The translations under genes were made by a program, and so were the position numbers. Shown one piece after another: positions 45,813-55,538 of a stretch of DNA of 64,000 nt. The stretch's first letter is position 1, and every line of letters begins with the position of its first letter. Source of the stretch: Squalus acanthias (Eukaryota); the NCBI GenBank assembly GCA_030390025.1, contig CM059443.1, positions 50,344,001-50,408,000 on the forward strand, given 5' to 3'. A model generated the notes under the pieces. The model was not told the origin of the DNA, did no database searches, and worked only from the letters and a program-made list of their open reading frames with translations.

Positions 45813-46775
45813 TTCTTCAGCTGCTTCATTAATGACCTTCCCTTCAACATAAGGTCAGAAATAGGGATGTTCGCTGATGACTGCACAGCGTTCAGTGCCA
45901 TTCACAACTCCTCAGATAATGAAGCAGTCCATGCCCGCATGCAACAAGACCTGGACGACATTCAGGCTTGGGCTGATAAGTGGCAGGTAACATTCGCGCC
46001 ACAGAATTGCCAGGCAATGACTATCTCCAACAAGCGAGAGTCTAACCAATGCCCCTTGACATTTAATGGCATTACCATCACCGAATCCCCCACCATCAAC
46101 ATCCTGGGGGTCACCATTGACCAGAAGCTTAACTGGACCAACCACATAAATACTGTGGCAACAAGAGCAGGTCAGAGTCTAGGTATTCTGCGGCGAGTGT
46201 CTCACCTCCTGACTCCCCAAAGCTTTTCTACCATCTACAAGGCACAAGTAAGGAGTGTGATGGAATACTCTCCACTTGCCTGGATGAGTGCAGCTCCAAC
46301 AACACTCAAGAAGCTCGACACCATCCAGGACAAAGCAGCCTGCTTGATTGGCACCCCATCTAACACTTTAAACATTCACTCCCTCCACCACCAGCATACC
46401 GTGGCTGCAGTGTGTACCATCTACAAGATGCACTGCAGCAACTCGCCAAGGTTTCTTCGGCAGCACCTCCCAAACCCGCGACCTCTTCCACCTAGAAGGA
46501 CAAGGGGAGCAGGCGCATGGGAATACCACCACCTCCAAGTTCCCCTCCAAGTCACACACCATCCTGACTTAGAAGTATATTGCCGATCCTTCATCGTCGC
46601 TGGGTCAAAATCCTGGAACTCCCTCCCTAACAGCACTGTGGGGGTACCTTCACCACACGGACTGCAGCGGTTCAAGAAGGCGGCTCACCACCACCTTCTC
46701 AAGGGCAATTAGGGATGGGCAATAAATGCTGGCCTTGCCAGCGACGCCCACATCGCATGAACGAAAAAAAAAAAA
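45812..46775 (+). mobile_element. LINE family 2, 5'-truncated, open RT C-terminal frame and A-rich tail
   Basis: FINDLP..FADDCT..WNSLP; tail gaacgaaaaaaaaaaa. Confidence 0.9.
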
Positions 46776-47234
46776 TCGCACGGTAAAAATGCATCAAATT
46801 ATTAACCAGCAGGAAAACCCAAAGACTGAATCCATTTTTATATCCGGCTGAATCTCTCACCCACTTCTACACCAATAAGCTGTAAATAGCCAAGCCTTTT
46901 ACACTTGCATCATTGCCCATCATCAGTTTAAATTTCACAATCATCGCACACTTCCTGCCACTTTGTATTGAGGAGGCTTTCGTACTGAGTTCATTTGGAT
47001 TCACTTCACAGCAGTCCTTGTTGTGTGTGGTGTTCATATTGTAAATAACACCCACTGTTCCAGAGTTAGGTGCTGAAGCCAAGGGCTGGACAATGAGTCA
47101 ATGCCAGGGTTATGAGGGTAAATTCACTGACTCTAACCCCTTCCCGCACCCCGCCAGCAGTGAGCTCTGCTTGAAGGAGACACAATTTATTAGAGAGCCA
47201 CAGTGCTAACCCCTGACCCCTGTTTGAGCATGGC

Positions 47235-49005
47235 TACCGGCATGTAAACAGTAAGTGGGTAGTAAGAGGCGGGGTGGGGCCTATTAGAGACAAAGAAGGT
47301 GATATATGCTTAGAGGTGCAGGGCAAGGTTAGAATATTCAATGAGTACTTTGTATCGGTGTTTACTAAGGAGGTGGATGCTGACAAAATATCAGTAGAAG
47401 TGGAAAAGGTAGAAGCAATGGAAGGGGTGAAAATTGATTGACAGGATGTACTAGAAAGGCTGGGTATGCTTAGAGTGGACAAGTCGCCTGGTCCAGATGG
47501 CTTGCATCCCAGGTTGCTAAGGAAATTGGGGAGGAGATAGCAGAAGGGCTTGCCATAATTTTCCAATCTTCCCTAGATGCGGGGGAGGTGCCTGAGGATT
47601 GGAAAGTGGCAAATGTGACACCATTGTTCAAGAATGTGTGTAACGACAATTCTAGTAACTACAGGCCGGTTTAACATCAGTGGTGGATAAAGTTTTAGAA
47701 ACAATAATCAAGGAAAAAATTAACAGGCATTTGGAGAGGTTTAAGCTAATTAAGGAGAGCCAACACGGATTTGTAAAAGGCAGATCGTGTTTGACTAATC
47801 TAATTGAATTTTTTGATGAAGTAAGAGAGGATCGATGAAGGGAATGCAGTGGATGTTTTCTACATGGATTTTCGGATGGCGTTTGACAAAGTACCACATA
47901 GAAGGCTGGTTAACAAAATTGAGGCTCATGGAATAGGTGGGTCAGTGGCAGCTTGGATAAGGAATTGGCTTAAGGACAGAAAACAGCAAGTTGTGGTAAA
48001 TGGCTGTTTTTCAGACTGGAGGATGGTAGACAGTGGTGTTCCCCTAGGGTCAGTGCTGGGGCCACTGCTTTTTTTGATATATATATAAATGACCTGGATA
48101 TTGGAATACAGAGTAGAATTTCTAAATTGCAGATGACACCAAACTTGGGGGTGTGGCAAACAGTGATGATGATATCAATCGACTGCAACAGGACATAGAA
48201 AGGCTAGCAGAATGGGCAGACAATTGGCAGATGGAATTTAATACAGAGAAATGTGAGGTGATGCATTTTAGCAGAAGGAACAGGGAGAGGCAATATACAC
48301 TTAATGGCACAGTTTTAAAGAGTGTGCAGGGACAGAGGAACCTGGGAGTTAATGTGCATAGGTCCCTGAAGGTGGCAGGACATATTGAGAGAGTGGTTAA
48401 CAAAGCATATGGGATCTTGGGCTTCATAAATAGAGGTAGAGTACAAAATTAGAGAAGTTATGCTGAATCTTTATAAGCGCTGGTTAGGCCACAACTGGAG
48501 TATTGCGTCAGGATGTGAAGGCCCTTGAGAGGGTACAGAGGAGATTTACCAAAATGGTTCCGGGGATGGGGGATCTTAGTTACAAGGACAGGTTGGAGAA
48601 GCTGGATTTGTTTTCATTACAGCAAAGGAGGTTGAGGGGTGATTTGATAGAGGCGTACAAGATTATGACGGGTTTGGATAGGCTAGACGGGGAAAGGCTG
48701 TTCCCACTTGTTGATGGTACAAGGACTAGGGGACACAGATTTAAGGTTTTGGGCAAGAGATACAGGGGGGACGTGAGGAAAAACTTTTTTACGCAGCGAG
48801 TGGTGATGACCTGGAATTCGCTGCCGATGGAAGTGGTGGAAGCGGAGACACTCGATGTTTTCAAGGGGAGACTGGATAGGTACTTGGGAGAAATAAACTT
48901 GCAGGGCTACGGGGATAGAGCGGGGGGAATGGGACTGACTGGATTGCTCTACAGAGGGCCGGCACGGACTCGATGGGCTGAATGGCCTCCTTCTGTGCAT
49001 CTATG
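47235..49005 (+). mobile_element. CR1 5'-truncated copy, unit B-specific insertion
   Basis: Frameshifted RT fragments. Inserted between gagcatggct and acaaggagtgtggga, which lie a few bases apart at about 32800-32820. Confidence 0.88.
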
Positions 49006-49669
49006 ACAAGGAGTGTGGGACTGGTGAATCGTGAAAGTCCTTTTATCTTACTGAGCCATTGTTTAACATTTCCAACATTAAAATATAAACTTCTAATTTT
49101 AATGTAGTTACACTGTTTTATGCTTTTCAAAATACTGTTCAGAGATCGGCTGGGGGCAGACAATTTGTACCAAACTTTCCCTTACACAATCATTAATTTC
49201 AGCGTCCTCACCCCTCCCCCACAATCCCCACTCCACCCCCTCTCTCCTCCCACTTTGCCCTCTACCCCTGCGCCCTCCCCCCACCACAGTATCTAAACAG
49301 AGGAAATGCATGATGGATCAGGGAAAGCTCCGTACCAAATGACCACATTTAACCAGCAGCTCACCACAGCAACAGGAAGCACTCGGACCGTGAGGGTTTA
49401 TGGGAGAATCAGTGCAATTCACTTCCCCTTTTGAAAGCATCTGTATTTGGTTTGATTTCATTTGTTTTTTCTTCAGTTATCGCCTCTCTCTCTCTCTCTT
49501 ATCTTGAAGGCTCTAACTCTCACTGGGGATCAAGCACTGGGAACTCCAGCCAAATGACAACTCTTCATGTGCGAGTGTAGGCTGCGACTGTTTGCCTGCT
49601 GTCTGATCTTGAGACCATCACAAGTAGAGGTCCTGATCTTGTTCTCCCATAGCCACACATGTGGAACAG

Positions 49670-50040
49670 GAGCCCTAGGAACAGGAGGAGGCCATTCAGC
49701 CCTTGGAGCCTGCTCCATCATTCAATGAGATCATGGCTGATTTGTACCTCAACTCCATCTACCTGCCTTTGCACCATATCCCTTGATACACTCGCCTAAC
49801 AAAATCTATCGATCTCAGTCTTGAAAGCTCCAATTGTCCCCCAGCATCCACAAGCTTTTGGGAGAGAGAGTTCCAGATTTCTACTACCCTTTGTATGAAA
49901 AAGTAGTTCCGATTTCACTCCTAAATGGCTGAATCTAAGCTTTCAAGATTATGTCCCCTTGTTCTTCATAGTTTCTCTGTATCTACCCTTTGAATCATTT
50001 TAACATTATAATCTTCTACACTCAAGGGAATACAAGACAA
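49670..50040 (-). mobile_element. CR1 3' fragment
   Basis: CR1 3'UTR motif (aggccattcagccc...agatcatggctga). Confidence 0.75.
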
Positions 50041-50215
50041 GTCCTTGGGCACCAATCAGTGTTGGGAGCCCTGCTGATCTTTCTCCTCTCTAACCCAGGG
50101 GCACTGAGTCTGATTGTAGTGTCCTCACTGAGATCAGTTCATTCATTCAATTAATTTTGCAGAAAAAAATCCTGCTGGACAGATGCCACAGTTTAGTTAT
50201 AGTTTTTAAACAGTG

Positions 50216-50221
50216 TTTATT
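50216..50221 (-). terminator. Poly(A) signal (AATAAA on -) of Ig-receptor copy B
   Basis: Paralogous to 33229-33234. Confidence 0.6.
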
Positions 50222-50634
50222 GAATGACTTTCAATCACACAAGTTCCATTTTGTGTCTCACACAGCAGCGATGCGTTGTTCTATCTAAACAGAGTCCAAG
50301 GGGGTGAAATTCATTTCCATCAAAGTCGAAACTGGCGAGGACCAATTTCTGCCCCGAGCATGTAGCCGTTACATTCTTCAACTGTGGGTTCCCATCGCCC
50401 ACATCCCGTGTCGGTGAGAGTGGAAATCTCACGTTGAATCTGTCTCCGTGTTTTGTGTCGGTCGTCACAAAACTTCAGAACAGTCTGTGAACGCCAAGGA
50501 GCTGACGCCAGCGGTTTAATATAATTAGCGGAACATTGGGAGAAGATTTCTCCGCACACAATCCTGCGCTTCAAGCAGCCTCAGTGTTACAATCTGTGAA
50601 AACACACTTGCATTCGAGGGGGGCCGGTTGCGCA

Positions 50635-51298
50635 CCTGCCGTCCATGGTCCATGCGGTCTCTACCTAGATATCAAGAGAGGAGATCACGTTTGATGGGTT
50701 CACTTCCAGTGGGGGACAGATAATGAAAGCGGACTGTCTCGTTACATCAGATAAAGCTCCAGGAGCTTTAGAACAGACACAGTGTTGGCTGAGAGGATTA
50801 TACTGAAAGATTGCAATTACTTACATTTTACTCACTGAATTTCACTTTTGCCTCCATCACTAAGAATACAGAAAATGAAACATGTGAAGCATCAGTAACA
50901 TAAGATTCAAACAATAATAAACATCTGTAAATGGATTTGCTATTTTTAACCCCTGGATTTGAATCCGTCTCTCTACTCTTCAATTTTCGCTCTCACCATC
51001 TCCCATCACTCTCCCTTGCCCTCACTCGCCCTCTATCTCTCCCTCCCTCCTTTCTCTCTCTCTCTATGTCTGTCTCTCTCACTCTACCCCTCTCTCCATC
51101 CCTCCTCCTCTCTCTGGACTGTAAGGGTAATTTAGGAAATGATTTACATTCAGCTTCCTGTGTCAGCCACACATTAGCCTCCTACAGTTATTAAAGAAAT
51201 GCAACTGGTAAATGTTTCATTGAATGAGAAAAACTAAACAGAAAGTCTGAATGAAAACTGAGTGAATCACATCCCTGCCACTACCGATGCTGAGGATC
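50635..51298 (-). CDS. Copy B residual short cytoplasmic exons (51285-51298, 51148-51181, 50825-50859, truncated last exon), tyrosine-free
   Basis: Paralogues of the copy A small exons. One in-frame path gives GSSASEANVWLTQEAELMEAKVKFSE*. The donor at 51284 is weak, so the exact tail is uncertain. Confidence 0.5.
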
Positions 51299-52661
51299 CT
51301 TCATAAAAATAAATAACGGGGGGAACTTACTAGATTTAATATAAGTTTTAAAAACGGTAATGGAGAAAATAATGGGACTTAAGTTTGACAAATCTCCAGG
51401 ATCTGATGGCTTCCACCCCAGGGAATTAAAAGAAGCAGGTGAGGAAATTGCAGATACTCTAGTCATGATCTTCCAAAACTCTCTTGATTCAGGAATTGTC
51501 CCCTTGGATTGGAATACTGCCAAATGTTACTCCATTATTTCAGCAGGGTGGGAGAGAGAAACCAGGAAATTATAGACCTATTCGTCCAACGTCTGTTGTG
51601 GGGAAGTTACTAGAATCTGTTACTGGGGACAGAGCAACTGAGCACTTGGACAAATATGAGTTGACCAGAGAGAGCCAGCATGGATTGGTAAAGGGTATGT
51701 CAGGTCTAACTAACCTCGTTGAATTTTATGAGGAGATCACTAACGTGGTAGATAAGGGAGTGTACATGGATTTTAGATGGACTTCCAGAAGGCATTCAAT
51801 AATGTTCCACACAAGACACTCTTAGCAAAAATGAAAGCACATGGCTATTGACAAGGCTAGGGAATTGGTTAGGAGGTTGGAAGCTGAGAGTAGGGATAAT
51901 GGGTAATATACTCCAATTGGCAGGATGTGACTACTAGTGTCTCCCAGAGATCTGAACTGGGGCCTCAGATTTTCACTATATTTATAAAAAAAGACTTAGA
52001 TAAAGGAATAGAGCGCCAAATATCCAAGGTTGCTGACAACACGGAGTTAGGTGCCACAGTAAGTAGTGTTGTCAAGGGATGTTGACAGATTAAGTGAGTT
52101 GGCAAAACTGGCAGATGGGGTTCAGTGTAGGGAAGTGTGAGGGGATCCACTTTGGACCGAAGAAAGATAGGTCAGAATATTTTCTAAATGGTGAGAAGAT
52201 AGGAACTGTGGAGGAGCCGAGAGATTTCGGGGTCCAAGTACAGAAATCACTAAAAAGCTAAAAACAGGGACAAAAAAGAATTAAAAAGGCGAATAGAAAG
52301 TTAGCTTTATCTCAAGTTAGCTGGAATACAAAAGAGTAGATGTTATGCGACAGTTGTATAAAGCTTAGGTGAGACCACATCTGGAGTGCTGTATTGAGTT
52401 CTGGGCACTGCACCTCAGGAAGGACATACTGGCCTTAGAAGGGGTGATACTGGGGCTAAAAGGGTTAAATTACGAGGACAGGTTGCAGAGACTAGGCTTG
52501 TATTCCCTCGAGTATAGAAGATTAAGGGGTGATCTGATTGAGGTGTTTAAGATGATATAAGGATTTGATAGGGTGGATAGAGAGAAAGTATTTCCTCTGG
52601 TGGAGGAGTCTAAAACAAGGCGGCATAACCTTAAAATTAGAGCCAGGCACTTTAGGGGTGA

Positions 52662-54749
52662 GCTTGGCACGATGCTGAGCTCTTTTTCCGCCGCCTCCGT
52701 CTCCGTGCCCACTTCTCTGGCCAGGAGTCTTCCCCCCGCACGGCTGACCCTTTCTCCCGCTTTCAGAATTCTCGTTCCACCTGGACCCCTCCCTCTGGCC
52801 TCTTACCCTCTCTAGATCTTTTCATTGCTAACTGCCGCCGTGACATCGGCCAGCTCAATTTCTCTGCTCCCCTCACTCACTCCAACCTACCTCCCTCTGA
52901 ACTTGCAGCACTCCATTCTCTCCGATCCAACCCTGACATTGTCATTAAACCTGCTGACAAGGGTGGCGCTGTTGTTGTTTGGCGAACCGACCTCTACCTA
53001 GCGGAAGTTGAACGCCAACTCTCTGACACCTCCTCCTACCTCCACCTGGACCATGACCCCACTACTGAACATCAAGCCACCGTGTCCAAGACCGTCACTG
53101 ACCTCATCTCCTCTGGAGATCTTCCCCCCACGGCTGCCAACCTCATAGTTCCCCAACCGCGCACAGCCCGCTTCTACCTCCTTCCCAAGATCCACAAACA
53201 GGACTGCCCCGGTAGACCCATCGTTTCAGCCTGTTCTTGCCCCACAGAACTTATCTCTTCCTATCTCGACTCTATTTTTTCTCCCCTTGTCCAGTCTCTT
53301 CCCACCTACATCTGCGACTTTTCCGATGCCCTCCGCCATTTTAACAGTTTCCAGTTTCCCGGCCCCAACCGTCTCCTCTTCACTATGGACGTACAATCCC
53401 TCTACACCTCCATTCCCCACCAGGATGGCCTGAGGGCGCTCCGCTTCTTCCTTGAACAGAGGCCCAACCAGTCCCCATCCACCACCACCCTCCTCCGCCT
53501 GGCTGAACTTGTTCTCACATTGAACAACTTCTCCTTTGACTCTACCCATTTCCTCCAAATTAAAGGTGTTGCTATGGGTACCCGCATGGGTCCTAGCTAT
53601 GCCTGCCTTTTCGTGGGATATGTGGAACACTCTTTGTTCCAGTCCTACTCGGGTCCCCTCCCTCACCTCTTTTTCCGGTACATTGATGACTGTATCGGTG
53701 CCGTCTCCTGCTCTCGCCCTGAACTAGAACATTTCATTCACTATGCTTCCAATTTCCACCCTTCCCTCACCTTCACATGGTCCATCTCCGACTCTTCCCT
53801 TCCCTTCCTCGACTTCGCCATCTCCATCTCTGGGGATAGGTTATTGACTAACATTCACTACAAGCCCACTGACTCCCACAGCTATCTGGACTACACTTCC
53901 TCCCACCCCGCCTCCTGTAAGGACTCTATTCCATTCTCCCAGTTTCTCCGTCTCCGCCGCATCTGCTCTGATGATGCCACCTTCCATACCAGTGCTTCCG
54001 ACATGTCTTCCTTTTTCCTCAACCGAGGATTCCCCTCTACCGTGGTCGACACGGCCCTCGACCGTGTCCGTTCTATCTCCCGCACTTCTGCCCTCACCCC
54101 TGCCCCTCCCTCCCGGAACCACGATAGGGTTCCCCTTGTCCTCACCTTTCACCCCACCAGCCTCCACATTCAACGGATCATCCTCCGCCATTTCCGCCAC
54201 CTCCAGCGTGATCCCACTACCAAACACATCTTCCCCTCACCTCCCCTTTCAGCATTCCGCAGGGACCGCTCCCTCCGCGACACCCTAGTCCACTCCTCTA
54301 CCACCCCCAGCACCCCTTCCCCTTCGCCCGGCACCTTCCCGTGCACGCGCAGGAGATGCAACACATGCCCTTACACCTCCCCTCTTCCCACTGTCCAGGG
54401 CCCCAAACACCCCTTCCAGGTGAAACAGCGATTTACTTGTACTTCCTGCAATTTAGTATACTGTATTCGCTGCTCACGATGTGGTCTCCTCTACATTGGG
54501 GAGACCAAACGCAGATTGGGTGACCGCTTTGCGGAACACCTCCGTTCAGTCCGTAAGGGGGACCCCGAGCTCCCGGTGGCCTGTCACTTTAATTCACCGC
54601 TTCACTCCCACTCTGACCTCACCGTCCTCGGCCTATTACACTGTTCCACGGAAGCGCAGCGTAAGCTCGAGGAACAGCACCTCATCTTTCGTTTAGGCAC
54701 GCTACAGCCCTCTGGACTCAATATCGAGTTCAACAATTTTAGATCATAA
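52662..54749 (+). CDS. Penelope RT plus GIY-YIG endonuclease (frame open from the insertion edge; includes ORF 53082..54749)
   Basis: KPADKGG, YLLPKIHK, GRPIVS, MDVQSLYT, GVAMG, RYIDD, Cys-rich linker CTRRRCNTC, and VYCIRCSRCGLLYIGETKR (GIY-YIG). Confidence 0.95.
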   Translation, partial: AWHDAELFFRRLRLRAHFSGQESSPRTADPFSRFQNSRSTWTPPSGLLPSLDLFIANCRRDIGQLNFSAPLTHSNLPPSELAALHSLRSNPDIVIKPADKGGAVVVWRTDLYLAEVERQLSDTSSYLHLDHDPTTEHQATVSKTVTDLISSGDLPPTAANLIVPQPRTARFYLLPKIHKQDCPGRPIVSACSCPTELISSYLDSIFSPLVQSLPTYICDFSDALRHFNSFQFPGPNRLLFTMDVQSLYTSIPHQDGLRALRFFLEQRPNQSPSTTTLLRLAELVLTLNNFSFDSTHFLQIKGVAMGTRMGPSYACLFVGYVEHSLFQSYSGPLPHLFFRYIDDCIGAVSCSRPELEHFIHYASNFHPSLTFTWSISDSSLPFLDFAISISGDRLLTNIHYKPTDSHSYLDYTSSHPASCKDSIPFSQFLRLRRICSDDATFHTSASDMSSFFLNRGFPSTVVDTALDRVRSISRTSALTPAPPSRNHDRVPLVLTFHPTSLHIQRIILRHFRHLQRDPTTKHIFPSPPLSAFRRDRSLRDTLVHSSTTPSTPSPSPGTFPCTRRRCNTCPYTSPLPTVQGPKHPFQVKQRFTCTSCNLVYCIRCSRCGLLYIGETKRRLGDRFAEHLRSVRKGDPELPVACHFNSPLHSHSDLTVLGLLHCSTEAQRKLEEQHLIFRLGTLQPSGLNIEFNNFRS

Positions 54750-55026
54750 CCTCAGCTCCAATCACATTTATATTTTATTTTTTCCACCCTTTTATTTGCC
54801 CCCCCCCACCTTTTTTTTCCTCCTAGAAGCTGGCAGCTGTTCTTCATTCTGCCAGTGGATTTCACACTTCTTTCAGCCTTAATCTGTCACATTAACACCA
54901 CCTCTAGCCTTGCATATCTCTTAATGTCTCTTAATGTCTCTTCATCTCCCCCTTTGTTCTTTTATCCCCTCCCCCTTTTCCCAGCTTTACTCTGGCCTTA
55001 AATCTATTTGATTTCCGGCTCTTCAC

Positions 55027-55063
55027 AGTTCTGACGAAAGGTCATCGACCTGAAACGTTAACT
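55027..55063 (+). ncRNA. Minimal type I hammerhead ribozyme motif in the Penelope 3' region
   Basis: agtt-CTGACGA-a-aggtc-atc-gacct-GAAA-cg-TT-aact: stems I and II pair and stem III is the palindrome AACGTT. Ribozymes of this type are known in Penelope-like elements. Confidence 0.8.
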
Positions 55064-55538
55064 CTCTTTCTCTCTCCACGGATGCTGCCTGGCCTGCTGA
55101 GTTTTTCCAGCGTTTTCTGTTGTTATTTCAGATTTCCAGCATCCGCAGTATTTTGCTATCACTTTAGGGGTGATGTCAGGAAGCACTTCTTCACACAAAG
55201 GGTGGTGGAAATCCGGAACTTGCTCCCCCCAAAAAGCTGTTGAGGCTGAGGGTCAATTGAAAATTTCAGAACTGAGATTGGTAGATGTTTATCAGTTAAG
55301 GGTATGAAGGCATATGGAACCAAGGCGGGTAAATGGAGTTAGGTCACAGATCAGCAATGATCAAATTGAATGGCGGAACAGGCTCGAGGGGCTGAATGGC
55401 CTCCTTCTGTTCCTATGTCGCTATGGTCACAGTAAATGTGATAAGATCAGAACTATGAATTTAAAAATCATTGTAATAAGTCTGTACTTAAATATAATTT
55501 TCCGGATTTAGATCAAACATTTTAAAGCTCTTGCTTAC

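Larger units (their letters stand above)
52662..55159 (+). mobile_element. Penelope-like element, 5'-truncated, 14-bp TSD
   Basis: TSD cactttaggggtga at 52648-52661 and 55160-55173. Confidence 0.95.
51330..55420 (+). mobile_element. Decayed CR1 inserted immediately upstream (in gene orientation) of a copy B acceptor site; interrupted by Penelope
   Basis: RT fragments at 51360-52660 resume at 55160-55420. Confidence 0.85.
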
